In this document: one piece after another, positions 10,274 through 20,642 of the stretch
Layout of the letters: every line of letters starts with the position of its first letter
How positions within the stretch are numbered: the first letter of the stretch is position 1
Assembly: GCF_049554935.1 (NCBI RefSeq)
Contig: NZ_CP186926.1
Location: forward strand, 1,312,001 to 1,376,000
Direction: 5' to 3'
DNA from: Methanocaldococcus indicus
GTDB taxonomy: Archaea; AGJL01; Methanococci; Methanococcales; Methanocaldococcaceae
DNA length: 64,000 bases
Notes under the pieces: model-generated
What the model saw: only the letters and a program-made list of their open reading frames with translations
Told to the model about the DNA's origin: nothing
The model's database searches: none
Program-made: the position numbers and the translations under genes

Positions 10274-10858
10274 ATGAGTTTATATAAATATATAAGAGAA
10301 GCTTGGAAAAGACCAAAAGAGAGCTATGTTAAAGAGTTGTTATGGGAAAGATTACAACAGTGGAGAAGAGAGCCAGCAGTTGTAAGAATTGAAAGACCTA
10401 CAAGATTAGACAGAGCAAGAGCATTAGGATACAAACCAAAACAAGGAATTATTGTTGTTAGAGTAAGAGTTAGAAGAGGAGGTTTAAGAAAATCAAGACC
10501 TAAAAATTCTAAAAAACCTGCAACATTAGGAGTTAATAAAATAACAATGGGTAAATCCATCCAAAGAATTGCAGAAGAAAGAGCAGCAAGAAAATTCCCA
10601 AATATGGAAGTTCTTAACTCCTACTGGGTTGGAGAAGATGGAAAACACAAATGGTATGAGGTTATATTAGTAGATCCTCACAACCCAGTTATAAAAGCAG
10701 ACCCTAACTACAACTGGTTATGTACTGGAAAACACAAAGGTAGAGCATTTAGAGGTTTAACATCAGCTGGTAAGAAAGGAAGAGGTTTAAGAAACAAAGG
10801 TATTGGAGCTGAAAAAGTTAGACCAAGTATAAGAGCTCATGGTAGAAGAGGTAAGTAA
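10274..10858 (+). CDS. rpl15e: 50S ribosomal protein L15e
   Basis: '[14 protein letters not shown]', '[10 protein letters not shown]', 'RGLTSAG'; ATG at 10274 after GAGGGG. Confidence 0.98.
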   Translation: MSLYKYIREAWKRPKESYVKELLWERLQQWRREPAVVRIERPTRLDRARALGYKPKQGIIVVRVRVRRGGLRKSRPKNSKKPATLGVNKITMGKSIQRIAEERAARKFPNMEVLNSYWVGEDGKHKWYEVILVDPHNPVIKADPNYNWLCTGKHKGRAFRGLTSAGKKGRGLRNKGIGAEKVRPSIRAHGRRGK

Positions 10859-10965
10859 AATATTTATATAAGTTAGATATTTTTAAGTCCTTGGGGGAAA
10901 ATAACCACTACTTTTTCACTGTCCCCCTAAAAATATTTTTAAAAACTTATTTTTAAGGTGAGGAA

Positions 10966-11640
10966 ATGAGCAATGAGTTAAACTTGTTAGTGCCATTAGA
11001 CCAATACTTAGCAGCAGGAGTCCATATAGGTACAATGCAAAAAACAAAGCACATGGAAAAGTTTATTTATAGAGTTAGAAGTGATGGGTTGTATGTTTTA
11101 GATGTTAGAAAGACAGATGAAAGATTAAGATTAGCAGCTAAGTTTTTAGCAAGATATGAGCCAGAGGATATATTAGCTGTTTCAAGAAGAATATATACAA
11201 CAGGACCATTAGAAGAATTTGGTAAATATACAGGAGTTAGAACAGTTATTGGAAGATTTGTCCCAGGAACATTAACAAACCCATCATATAAAGAATTCTT
11301 AGAGCCAGAGGTTATATTCATATCTGACCCAAGAGTAGATAGACAAGCTTTAAAAGAAGCTGTTGAAGTAGGAATTCCAATAGTTGGTTTATGTGATACA
11401 GAACATTTGACATCATTTATTGATTTAGTTATTCCAGCAAACAACAAAGGGAAGAAGGCTGTTGCATTATTATACTATTTATTAACAAGAGAGTTCTTAA
11501 AGAATAAGGGAGTTATTGAATCTGATGATAAAGTTCCATTTACATATGAGGAGTTCTTAGAAAGAGCTATGAATCCAAAAATTAGAATTATTATACAACC
11601 ACAAGATAGAAGAAGAAGGAGAAGAAGAAAGAAAAAATAA
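10966..11640 (+). CDS. rps2: 30S ribosomal protein S2
   Basis: 'YLAAGVHIG', '[10 protein letters not shown]', 'IPANNKG'. Confidence 0.98.
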   Translation: MSNELNLLVPLDQYLAAGVHIGTMQKTKHMEKFIYRVRSDGLYVLDVRKTDERLRLAAKFLARYEPEDILAVSRRIYTTGPLEEFGKYTGVRTVIGRFVPGTLTNPSYKEFLEPEVIFISDPRVDRQALKEAVEVGIPIVGLCDTEHLTSFIDLVIPANNKGKKAVALLYYLLTREFLKNKGVIESDDKVPFTYEEFLERAMNPKIRIIIQPQDRRRRRRRKKK

Positions 11641-11652
11641 AGTTGATAATTT

Positions 11653-12261
11653 ATGGAAAAAATTAATTATGTATGTGAGAACTGTGGTAATGATGAGTTA
11701 GAAGTATTAAAAAAGAAAGTTCATGATAAATCATTTTACTATTTAGTAAGATGTCCAAAATGTGGAAATGTATTTGAAATCTCAGATAAATTAAAACTTT
11801 CTCAAACTAAACTAATAATAAGTAGATATGATATATCTGAATCAAAAGTTATAACAATTCCAAAAGATGTAGAGTATAAAGTTGGAGATACATTAAATAT
11901 TGATGGGGAAGAGTTAGAAATAACAAAGATAGAAACAGATAAAACTGTTAAAGGAGCTGAAGGAAAGGATATAAAAGTTATTTGGACAAAATCACTCTCA
12001 ATTCCAAAAAAGATAGGAATAAGTATAAATGATAAAAATAGAACGTACAGTGTATATTTATTAGTTCCTAATGACTATATTTTTGAAACAGAAAGAACTT
12101 ACAAAATTAATGAAGGTTTCTTTAAAATTAAGAAGATAAAATTAGAAAATGGTAAATTTGCTAATAAAGCAGAAGCTAAGGACATAAAAAGGATATATGG
12201 GGAAGTAAGTAGGCCATATAGAAATGCTAAGGACTTAACAGAATATCTAAAAGAGGATTAA
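11653..12261 (+). CDS. HVO_0476-like archaeal zinc-finger protein
   Basis: CENC...CPKCG N-terminal Zn ribbon and duplicated beta domain, between rps2 and rps3ae. Confidence 0.75.
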   Translation: MEKINYVCENCGNDELEVLKKKVHDKSFYYLVRCPKCGNVFEISDKLKLSQTKLIISRYDISESKVITIPKDVEYKVGDTLNIDGEELEITKIETDKTVKGAEGKDIKVIWTKSLSIPKKIGISINDKNRTYSVYLLVPNDYIFETERTYKINEGFFKIKKIKLENGKFANKAEAKDIKRIYGEVSRPYRNAKDLTEYLKED

Positions 12262-12273
12262 GAAGGTGATTAA

Positions 12274-12930
12274 ATGGCAACTGCAAGAACTGCAAGAAGT
12301 AGAAGAAAAGTGAGAAAGGTAAGAGATAAATGGAAAGAGAAAGTTTGGTATGAGATATATACAACTCCAGAATTTGGAGGAGTATTTATTGGATTGACAC
12401 CATCTAATGACCCAAGTTTAGTTTTAGGTAGAGTTGCAGAGATTAGTTTAAAAGATTTAGCAGGAGACCCAACAAAACACATGCATAGAACATACTGGAA
12501 AATCTTTGGAATAGCTGGAAGTAGAGCAATAGCTCAATTTTATGGACATGATACAACAAGAGAATTTATGAAAGCACAAATTAGAAGAAGAAGAAGTAGA
12601 ATTGATGCTATATTAGATGTTGTTACAAAAGATGGATATAAAGTAAGAACAAAGGCATTAGTTTTAACAGCTCACAGAGCAGATACAAGACAAAAATCAG
12701 ATATTAGAAAGAAAATGGAAGAAATTATTAAAGACATGGCAAAAGAGAAAGATTTTGCTCATTATGTCCATGCTATGCTAATGGGAGAAATGGCTGAAAG
12801 AATTAAAAATGAATGTAAAAAAATATTCCCAATAAAGAATGTTATAGTATATAAATCAGAAGTTTTAGAGTTGGCTAAATCAGAAGAAACAGAAGGATAT
12901 ATAAAAGAAAGTGAAGAAGAAAACAACTAA
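12274..12930 (+). CDS. rps3ae: 30S ribosomal protein S3Ae (eS1)
   Basis: 'DKWKEKVWYEI', 'LGRVAEISL', 'CKKIFPI'. Confidence 0.96.
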   Translation: MATARTARSRRKVRKVRDKWKEKVWYEIYTTPEFGGVFIGLTPSNDPSLVLGRVAEISLKDLAGDPTKHMHRTYWKIFGIAGSRAIAQFYGHDTTREFMKAQIRRRRSRIDAILDVVTKDGYKVRTKALVLTAHRADTRQKSDIRKKMEEIIKDMAKEKDFAHYVHAMLMGEMAERIKNECKKIFPIKNVIVYKSEVLELAKSEETEGYIKESEEENN

Positions 12931-12937
12931 ATTTTTT

Positions 12938-13759
12938 TTATTTTTTAACTTTCTCTTTATTTATAAAGTTTTTAGCTAAATCTAAAATATTCTCAGAGAT
13001 TATATATTTAGAGTTGTCTTTTAATACTACTTTAGCTACTTCTAATGCTTGATATATTTGTGCTTCATCTTTAAAGTATTCTCTTGCAGCTTCTGCAACT
13101 ATTTTTATTGCCTTAGCTCTACCTTCTGCTTCAATCCTTAAACTTTCAGCAATTCCTTCTGCTTTTAGTATTCTACTTTGCTTTTCTCCTTCTGCCTCTA
13201 AAATAGCAGCTCTTTTTAATCTTTCAGCTTTCATTTGTTGTGCCATTGCATTTTTAATATCTTCTGGTGGGTCTATTTCTTTAACTTCTACTTTCTCAAC
13301 TCTAACTCCCCATGCATCTGTCTCCTTATCCAATATCTCTAAAAGTTTTGAATTTATATATTCCCTTTTGTTAAGGACTTCATCTAATTCCATATTTCCA
13401 ATTATAGCTCTTAAAGTAGTTTGAGCTAAGTTAATTATTGCATATTCATAATCCTCAACTTCTAAAAGAGCTTTTTCAACATCTACAACTCTATAATAGA
13501 TAATTGCATCTACTCTAACAACAGCATTGTCCTTAGTTATCATATCTTGGGGAGGAATATCTGTAACTTTTGTCCTTAAATCTACTTTAACTGGAACATC
13601 TAAAAAAGGGATAATTATATTAACTCCAGGTTTTAACTTTCCTATAACTTTACCTAATCTAAATATTAAACCTCCTTCATACTGCTTAACTATAACAACT
13701 GCTTTAATTATTATAAATAAAACAATAAATCCTAATATTAACCAAAAAATCCATAACAT
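12938..13759 (-). CDS. SPFH/stomatin (band 7) protein
   Basis: N-terminal TM; 'ITKDN', 'AQTTLR', '[13 protein letters not shown]'. Confidence 0.95.
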   Translation of the reverse strand: MLWIFWLILGFIVLFIIIKAVVIVKQYEGGLIFRLGKVIGKLKPGVNIIIPFLDVPVKVDLRTKVTDIPPQDMITKDNAVVRVDAIIYYRVVDVEKALLEVEDYEYAIINLAQTTLRAIIGNMELDEVLNKREYINSKLLEILDKETDAWGVRVEKVEVKEIDPPEDIKNAMAQQMKAERLKRAAILEAEGEKQSRILKAEGIAESLRIEAEGRAKAIKIVAEAAREYFKDEAQIYQALEVAKVVLKDNSKYIISENILDLAKNFINKEKVKK

Positions 13760-13765
13760 TTTTTA

Positions 13766-14173
13766 TCACACTCTTTTAACTATAAGATGAACACCTTCAT
13801 ATCCAATAACAATAACTTTATCTCCTTTTTTTATATCATCTTCTGATTTAGCATGCCATACTTCATTCTCTATCTTAATCTTTCCATAGTTATCTTTAAA
13901 ATCTTCTAATGCTATACCTTCCTTACCTATTAACCTTTCAACTCCTACTTTATACTCATTCTTTGAAAAATAAACAAATTTATATAATAAGAAAACAGTT
14001 ATTATTCCTGCTAAAAAACCAGCTAATAGTGAATAGTTTGGCATAATAAATAAAAAAATTCCATAAACTATAAGAGCTATTCCCAAAGCAGGAAAATATA
14101 AACCAGGAATATAGCTCTCTAATAGAACTACAATGAATCCAATAACTATAAGGATATATCCTAACTCCTCCAT
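13766..14173 (-). CDS. NfeD-family membrane protein, partner of SPFH
   Basis: Three TM segments plus C-terminal OB fold 'GKIKIENEVWHAKS'. Confidence 0.9.
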   Translation of the reverse strand: MEELGYILIVIGFIVVLLESYIPGLYFPALGIALIVYGIFLFIMPNYSLLAGFLAGIITVFLLYKFVYFSKNEYKVGVERLIGKEGIALEDFKDNYGKIKIENEVWHAKSEDDIKKGDKVIVIGYEGVHLIVKRV

Positions 14174-14243
14174 AACAAATCCTACAAAATTTTAATAATT
14201 ATAACTTTTTAAATTTAGTAATATATATAACTTTTGTAAATAA

Positions 14244-15557
14244 ATGTTTAAGGTTTTGGATATGATAGAAAATTTAAAAGAGTTAGAAAGAGTTGCAAAT
14301 GAAATAAAAGAAAAGATAAACAACTATTCAGGATATATAAAGATAATAACTCACCATGATACAGATGGATTAAGTAGTGGGGGAATTGTTGCAAAAACTC
14401 TATTAAGAAATAACAAACTCTTCCATATTTCTGTTGTAGAGCATTTAAGTGATAAAGTTATTGAAAAATTGCATCCAAACTGTTTATACATATTTTGTGA
14501 TATGGGCTCAGGACAGTTAGATAAAATTCTACAAAAAGATGAAAATATAAATGCTATTATTTTAGACCATCATCCCCCTTCTATATATGAAGAAAAAATT
14601 AACAACATTATTCAACTAAATCCTCATTTATATGGTATAGATGGCTCAAAAGAGGCAACTGCAAGCTCTATTTGTTATTTATTGGCAAGAGCTTATAACT
14701 TCTATGATTTAGCAGGATTGGCAATTGTTGGAATGATTGGAGATATGCAGTATAATCCTTTTTTAGGATTGAATAAGTTTATAGTCAATGAGGCAAGAGA
14801 ACATAAAATAATAAAAATATTCAAAGATATAATTTATAATGTTTATGGAGTAGAGCTTTATAAAGCAATTGCATACTGCACAAAGCCATATATTGAGACA
14901 CTATCATCTGAAAATAAAGCATACAAATTTTTAAATGAATTGAAAATAAATCCTGAAAAAACAGAAATGGATGAATCAGAAAAAAAGAGATTTTTAGCTC
15001 AAATAGCTTTTAAATTTCCAGATATTGATAAGTTAATGATAGATAGAATAATTATTAATCATAAGGTTCAAGATGCTTTCTTATTATCTGAGATTTTAAA
15101 CTCTGTTGGTAGATTTGGAAAATTTGGAGTAGGAATAGGAATAACTTTGGAAGATGATAAATGTATTGAGATAGGTAAAGAACTTTTATGGAAGTATAAA
15201 AAAGAGTTGGTAAGTGAAATAAAAAGGATAACTTTAAAAGACCTTAAACATATTAAATATTTTGAGGGTAAAAAGGGATATATTGGTGTTATAGCCTCTA
15301 TATTAGCAACTGAGAAGCCAGTTGTTGGATACTATATTGAAGATGATATAGCAAAATTTTCAGCAAGAGGTAATAAAGAGTTAGTTGAGAGAGGTTTAGA
15401 TTTAAATAAAGTAATGGCAATAGCCAAAGAGTTTAGTGGAAATGGAGGGGGGCATAATATAGCAGCAGGTGCAACAATTAAAAAAGAATATATACAAGAT
15501 TTCTTAAAAAGAATAGATGAATTAGTAGGAGAACAATTGAAAGGTGAGAAAAAATGA
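14244..15557 (+). CDS. recJ: RecJ-like DHH/DHHA1 exonuclease
   Basis: 'HHDTDG', 'DMGSG', 'LDHH', 'GGGHNIAAG'; start may be 14262. Confidence 0.88.
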   Translation: MFKVLDMIENLKELERVANEIKEKINNYSGYIKIITHHDTDGLSSGGIVAKTLLRNNKLFHISVVEHLSDKVIEKLHPNCLYIFCDMGSGQLDKILQKDENINAIILDHHPPSIYEEKINNIIQLNPHLYGIDGSKEATASSICYLLARAYNFYDLAGLAIVGMIGDMQYNPFLGLNKFIVNEAREHKIIKIFKDIIYNVYGVELYKAIAYCTKPYIETLSSENKAYKFLNELKINPEKTEMDESEKKRFLAQIAFKFPDIDKLMIDRIIINHKVQDAFLLSEILNSVGRFGKFGVGIGITLEDDKCIEIGKELLWKYKKELVSEIKRITLKDLKHIKYFEGKKGYIGVIASILATEKPVVGYYIEDDIAKFSARGNKELVERGLDLNKVMAIAKEFSGNGGGHNIAAGATIKKEYIQDFLKRIDELVGEQLKGEKK

Positions 15558-16477
15558 AATATGTTGTAGGGCACAAAAATCCAGATACTGATTCAATTGC
15601 ATCTGCAATAGTTTTAGCATATTTCTTAGATTGTTATCCAGCTAAGCTTGGAGATATAAATCCTGAGACTGAATTTGTTTTAAGAAAATTTGGAGTTATT
15701 GAGCCAGAAACTATAAAATCAGCAAAAAATAAGGAGTTAATATTAGTTGATCATTCAGAAAAAAGTCAAAGTTTAGATGATTTAGAAGAAGGAAAGTTGA
15801 TAGCTATTATAGACCACCATAAAGTTGGTTTAACAACATCCGAACCAATATTATACTATGCTAAACCAGTTGGTTCAACTGCAACTGTTATAGCAGAGTT
15901 ATACTTTAAAAAAGCTTTAGATTTGATAGGTGGAAAAAATAAAGAACTAAAACCAGATTTAGCAGGATTATTATTAAGTGCAATAATATCAGATACTGTC
16001 TTATTCAAATCACCAACAACAACAGATTTAGATAAAGAAATGGCTAAAAAATTAGCTGAGATAGCCAATATAAAAAATATAGAAGAGTTTGGAATGGAAA
16101 TCTTAAAAGCTAAATCAGTTGTAGGAAAACTATCTCCAGAAGAAATAATAAATATGGACTTTAAGAACTTTGATTTTAATGGAAAAAAAGTGGGAATTGG
16201 GCAAGTTGAGGTTATAGATGTTAAAGAAGTGGAAAGTAAAAAAGAGGATATATATAAACTTTTAGAAAAGAAATTAAATGAAGAAGGTTATGATTTAATT
16301 GTCTTTATGATAACAGATATTATGAAGGAAGGTAGTGAGATGTTAGTTGTTGGTAATAAAGAGATTTTTGAGAAGGCATTTAATGTTAAATTGGATGGTA
16401 ACTCTATATTCTTAGAAGGAATTATGTCAAGAAAAAAACAAGTTGTTCCACCATTAGAAAAAGCATACAAGGAGTGA
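15554..16477 (+). CDS. ppaC: Mn-dependent family II inorganic pyrophosphatase
   Basis: 'GHKNPDTDS', 'LVDH', 'IDHH', 'SRKKQVVP'. Confidence 0.96.
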   Translation: MKYVVGHKNPDTDSIASAIVLAYFLDCYPAKLGDINPETEFVLRKFGVIEPETIKSAKNKELILVDHSEKSQSLDDLEEGKLIAIIDHHKVGLTTSEPILYYAKPVGSTATVIAELYFKKALDLIGGKNKELKPDLAGLLLSAIISDTVLFKSPTTTDLDKEMAKKLAEIANIKNIEEFGMEILKAKSVVGKLSPEEIINMDFKNFDFNGKKVGIGQVEVIDVKEVESKKEDIYKLLEKKLNEEGYDLIVFMITDIMKEGSEMLVVGNKEIFEKAFNVKLDGNSIFLEGIMSRKKQVVPPLEKAYKE

Positions 16478-16483
16478 TTCAAT

Positions 16484-17233
16484 ATGTTTAGAGCAGAGTT
16501 TGAGAGTGCGAAAGCATTTAAGAAGGTAGTAGATACACTATCAACATTGTTAGATGAGATAACCATAAAGATAGATGAGGAAGGGATGAAAGCAATAGCA
16601 ATGGACCCAAGCCATGTAGCATTAGTAAAATTAGAGGTTCCAAAATTAGCATTTGATAGCTATGAAATAGATGAGGAGAAGGAGATAGGAATAGATTTAG
16701 AGATGTTAAAGAAGATATTTAACAGGGCTAAGGCAAAAGATAAGTTAATTTTAGAGTTGGATGAAGAAAAAAACAAGTTAAATATAATCTTTGAAAACAC
16801 AGGGAAGAGGAAGTTCTCAATAAGCTTATTAGAAACAGGAGGGATAACTCACAAAGTTCCAGAAATTGAGTATGTAAATAAAGTCATGTTAAAAGGAGAT
16901 GCATTTAAAGAGGCATTAAAAGATGCTAAGCTATTCTCTGACAGTGTTACATTAAAGATAGATGAGGAGAAGTTTGTTGTATATGCAAAGAGTGAAGTTA
17001 ATGAAGTTGAGAGCATCTTTGATAAAGATAGTTCAGCAGTTATAAGCTTAGAATGTGGAGAAGAAGCAAAGTCATCATTTAATTTAGAATATTTAGAGGA
17101 TATGGTTAAAGGAGTTAGTAGTGGAGATATTGTTAAAATAGAGTTAGGTAATGATATGCCTCTAAAATTAGAATACTCCCTCTCCGGTGCTGAACTATTG
17201 TTCTTCTTAGCCCCAAGAATTGAGGAAGAATAA
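16484..17233 (+). CDS. pcn: PCNA sliding clamp
   Basis: '[10 protein letters not shown]', C-terminal 'FFLAPRI'. Confidence 0.97.
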   Translation: MFRAEFESAKAFKKVVDTLSTLLDEITIKIDEEGMKAIAMDPSHVALVKLEVPKLAFDSYEIDEEKEIGIDLEMLKKIFNRAKAKDKLILELDEEKNKLNIIFENTGKRKFSISLLETGGITHKVPEIEYVNKVMLKGDAFKEALKDAKLFSDSVTLKIDEEKFVVYAKSEVNEVESIFDKDSSAVISLECGEEAKSSFNLEYLEDMVKGVSSGDIVKIELGNDMPLKLEYSLSGAELLFFLAPRIEEE

Positions 17234-17312
17234 TTAATAATTTTATTTTCTTTAATTTTATTTTTAAATATTAAGATATTATTATTGATATTAATCTAAA
17301 GAGGGCATAATT

Positions 17313-18125
17313 ATGGATTTTAAGATGTTAGTTGATAAGAGAGAAAAAAAGTATCTTCTTAAAAAAAAGGTTAATAAGTTAGGTACTGATTTAGGAGTTG
17401 TAGATTTGGAAAACAAAGATGTTGGAGAGGTTGTTTATTCACATTTAGGAGAAAAATTTTACTATGTTGAACCTACTCTTTATGATGTTTTAAAAAGAAT
17501 GAAAAGAACAGTAACTACTCTCCTACCAAAAGATATTGGATTTATTATAGCAAGAGGGGGAATAAGAAATGGAGAGATTGTTTTAGAAGCTGGGACTGGC
17601 TCAGGAGTTTTAACTATGTATTTAGCTAATGCTGTTGGGAAAGAAGGTAGAGTTATTACTTATGAAAAAAGGCCAGAATTTGCAAAAGTTGCAAGAGAGA
17701 ATTTACTAAGATTAGGTTTAGTAAGAAAGAATCAGCCAATTATTGGATTAGATGAAGAATTTAATGATGATATTGAAGTAGAAGAAGGTCTATTTAATGT
17801 TATTATGAAGATAGGAGATGTAAGAGAAGGGATTGAAGAAAGAGATATAGATGTTATTGTTTTAGATATGCCTGATCCTTGGGAAGTTGTAGAGCATGCT
17901 AAAAAAGCTTTAAACAAAAAGAGAGGTAGAATAATAACCTATCTCCCATATATTGAGCAAGTAAAAAAAACTGTTGAGAAATTAAAAGAAGAAGGTTTCT
18001 GGGATATTCAAACATATGAATTGATAGAGAGAGTTATTGAAGTATCTGAAAAAGGGGTACGACCTTCAACAAGGATGATTGGACATACAGGATATATAAC
18101 ATTTGCAAGAGTCCCAATTGATTAA
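17313..18125 (+). CDS. trmI: tRNA (adenine-N1)-methyltransferase
   Basis: 'PKD', 'EAGTGSG', 'LDMPDPW', 'HTGYI'. Confidence 0.93.
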   Translation: MDFKMLVDKREKKYLLKKKVNKLGTDLGVVDLENKDVGEVVYSHLGEKFYYVEPTLYDVLKRMKRTVTTLLPKDIGFIIARGGIRNGEIVLEAGTGSGVLTMYLANAVGKEGRVITYEKRPEFAKVARENLLRLGLVRKNQPIIGLDEEFNDDIEVEEGLFNVIMKIGDVREGIEERDIDVIVLDMPDPWEVVEHAKKALNKKRGRIITYLPYIEQVKKTVEKLKEEGFWDIQTYELIERVIEVSEKGVRPSTRMIGHTGYITFARVPID

Positions 18126-18817
18126 AAAATTCTTTGAGCAATTAATTTAAACAATATTTTAAATCCTGTTATGACATTTGTTCCTCTGCTCATTGAATAA
18201 TCTGTATATATTGTTTTTATTGGAACTTCTTTTATTTTTAAATTGTGTTTCTTAGCCAATATTATAAATTCTGATGATACTTCATATCTATCACTTTTTA
18301 AATCATCAATAATTTTTTTTGCAGCTTCATAAGAAAATGTTCTTAATCCACTTTGACTATCTGAAACAAAGTAACCTCCCATAAAATAAGTTATGAAGTT
18401 TAAACCAAAATTACCAATTCTTTTAACAAGAGGCATATTTTTTAGCTCATTTTTATCTAACATCCTACTTCCAATAACAAAATCATAACCTTCAAAGATA
18501 GGTTTTACAACTTTCTCTATATCTTCTGGATGATGCTGTCCATCAGCATCAAAAGTTACAATAACCTTTGGATTATATAGAAGAGCTGTTTTAATCCCAG
18601 TTCCTAATGCTCCTCCTAAACCTCTATTTATTATATGCCTACAAACAATAACATCCTCCTGTTTAGCTAACTCATAAGTTTTATCCTTTGAGCCATCATC
18701 CACAACAACAATGTTTTTATATCCATATTTTTTTAGATTTTTTAATGTTTTAGTTATCATTTTTTCTTCATTGTATGCTGGAACAACAATAAAAATATCA
18801 TCTTTGTTTATTTCCAT
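18122..18817 (-). CDS. GT2 glycosyltransferase (DPM1-like)
   Basis: 'VPAYNEE', 'VDDGSKD', 'FDADGQH', 'DSQSG'; start ATG 18817 overlapping upstream gene. Confidence 0.9.
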   Translation of the reverse strand: MEINKDDIFIVVPAYNEEKMITKTLKNLKKYGYKNIVVVDDGSKDKTYELAKQEDVIVCRHIINRGLGGALGTGIKTALLYNPKVIVTFDADGQHHPEDIEKVVKPIFEGYDFVIGSRMLDKNELKNMPLVKRIGNFGLNFITYFMGGYFVSDSQSGLRTFSYEAAKKIIDDLKSDRYEVSSEFIILAKKHNLKIKEVPIKTIYTDYSMSRGTNVITGFKILFKLIAQRIF

Positions 18818-19079
18818 ACTTTCCACCAATAACTTTAGAGAAAGCAATGTTTCCAGCAACACCACACAAAAATATAACCAATGCAATACTATCAGCAAAA
18901 GGAATATTGTATTTTAGGGATATAAGGACTATCATAGTTCCAATAACAACAGTAATTAATGAACTACCAATTAAAACATTTGATGTCTCTTTTTTAAAAG
19001 CTAATCTTAATCCAACCAAAGCTGAAAAAGTTAGAGAGAGAATAGCAAATATTATTATTAGATTAAATATAAGCTCCAT
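18798..19079 (-). CDS. MrpF/MnhF-like small membrane protein (probable Ehb hydrogenase subunit)
   Basis: 93 aa, three TM helices, 'DSIALVIFLCG' MnhF-like pattern. Confidence 0.65.
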   Translation of the reverse strand: MELIFNLIIIFAILSLTFSALVGLRLAFKKETSNVLIGSSLITVVIGTMIVLISLKYNIPFADSIALVIFLCGVAGNIAFSKVIGGKYGNKQR

Positions 19080-19092
19080 ACTAATCCCTTAT

Positions 19093-20112
19093 TCAAATAT
19101 AGTTATTAATATCTAATCCTACTTCATCACATATATTTTTTAGTATATTATAGAGGGATTCATCTATTGGAATCCCATCTTTATTTTTTTCTTTATTTCT
19201 TTCTTCTATCTCTCCAGGAATTAAAACATTTTCTCCAGCACTTTTAACTTCCTCCATTAGCTCATCAACTTTCTTTTTAAATTCCTCTTTCCCCATAAAG
19301 AAGTCAGGATTTATAACTATAAATAAATCTCCTTTTGTGCATCTTTCTTTTGGATTAGCTGTTCCTCTAACTTTACTACCCACTTCTGCTCCTCCAATTG
19401 CTGAAAGCATCTCTATAGCCAATGCTAATGCATAACCTTTTGGACCACCAAATGGTAATATACAACCTTCTAATGCTTCTTTTGGGTCTGTTGTTGGATT
19501 ACCATCTTTATCTACAGCACAACCTTCTGGAATTTTTGTTTTCTTCCTTAAAGCTTCTAATATTTTACCTCTTGCAATTGATGATGTAGCCATATCTAAG
19601 GAAAATTTATATTTATTTCCTTTAAAGGCAATTGCTATTGGATTAGTTCCTAAAATTTTCTTTTTTCCACCAAATGGTGCCATAGCAGGCTCAGTGTTTG
19701 TCATAACTATTCCAATCATATCCTCATTCATAGCTTTTTCAGTATAGTATCCTGCTATACCAAAATGATTAGAATTAATAGTGGATACACAAGATATTCC
19801 CATTTTTTTAGCTTTTTCAATTGCAATATCCATAGCATAATCTCCTACAACTTGTCCTAATCCTAAATCTCCATCAATAACAGCTGTTGCTGGACTTTCT
19901 TTAACTATTCTTATATTAGGATTTGGATTTATATTTTTTAGCTTTAATCCTTCAACATATTGAGCAAATCTACCAATTCCATGAGAAGTAAATCCTTTTA
20001 AATCTGCTTCAACTATTACATCTGCAACTATCTTAGCATCTTTTTCTGGAACATTATACTTTTTTAGAACATCAACAATTAGCTGCTTTGCTTTCTCAGG
20101 TTTTATTTTCAA
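19093..20112 (-). CDS. comC: L-sulfolactate dehydrogenase (coenzyme M biosynthesis)
   Basis: Ldh_2 family 'SHG', 'NHFG', 'GTNPIA', 'DMATS', 'GPKGY'; TTG start after GGTGA. Confidence 0.92.
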   Translation of the reverse strand: MKIKPEKAKQLIVDVLKKYNVPEKDAKIVADVIVEADLKGFTSHGIGRFAQYVEGLKLKNINPNPNIRIVKESPATAVIDGDLGLGQVVGDYAMDIAIEKAKKMGISCVSTINSNHFGIAGYYTEKAMNEDMIGIVMTNTEPAMAPFGGKKKILGTNPIAIAFKGNKYKFSLDMATSSIARGKILEALRKKTKIPEGCAVDKDGNPTTDPKEALEGCILPFGGPKGYALALAIEMLSAIGGAEVGSKVRGTANPKERCTKGDLFIVINPDFFMGKEEFKKKVDELMEEVKSAGENVLIPGEIEERNKEKNKDGIPIDESLYNILKNICDEVGLDINNYI

Positions 20113-20126
20113 TATCTCACCTAAAT

Positions 20127-20642
20127 TTATGGTCTTATATATTCCATATTATAATATACTATATCTCCATCATTATCTACAATAGCAATTAACAACTTTT
20201 TTCTAACTGAATGAGCCACTCTTACAAAACCAGTTAGCTCACCTAAGTAGATTTTACTGTCTTCATTAAAAACCTTTACTAAATATATTGAATGCTCTTT
20301 TTCAATATCTGCCCCTCTCTCATACAATCTAAAATCAGCACCATACTTTAAGCCAGTTTTAATAATATATCCCCTTTTTCTTAAATCTCTATAAACTAAA
20401 TACTTAATAGTTAATTTTTCTTCTAACTCTTTTGCATAGTTAAATAACTCTTCAAAAGATAAGGTTCTTTTTCCTTTTTTGACAACTAACCAACCTAATT
20501 CAACTAAGTATAAAGCTTCAATTAAGGATAAAGATAAAAATTTTCCATTGTAGGAGCCATAGTATTTATTTTTAAACTTTGCTATTCCATTGTTGTCAAA
20601 AACAACTACTCTATCACTCTCTAAAATTCCTTCTATTGGGAT
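20127..20642 (-). CDS. endA: tRNA-splicing endonuclease (alpha4 type), apparent ATC start
   Basis: Frame open well beyond the 66-aa track ORF: 'LSLIEALYL', 'KTGLKYGADFRLY', 'EHS', 'RVAHSVRKKL'; GGTGA SD precedes ATC. Confidence 0.92.
   Translation of the reverse strand: MPIEGILESDRVVVFDNNGIAKFKNKYYGSYNGKFLSLSLIEALYLVELGWLVVKKGKRTLSFEELFNYAKELEEKLTIKYLVYRDLRKRGYIIKTGLKYGADFRLYERGADIEKEHSIYLVKVFNEDSKIYLGELTGFVRVAHSVRKKLLIAIVDNDGDIVYYNMEYIRP

Noticed and set aside
10891-10930. Possible SECIS element
   Set aside because: No selenoprotein-type in-frame TGA nearby and the stem does not match the archaeal SECIS pattern.
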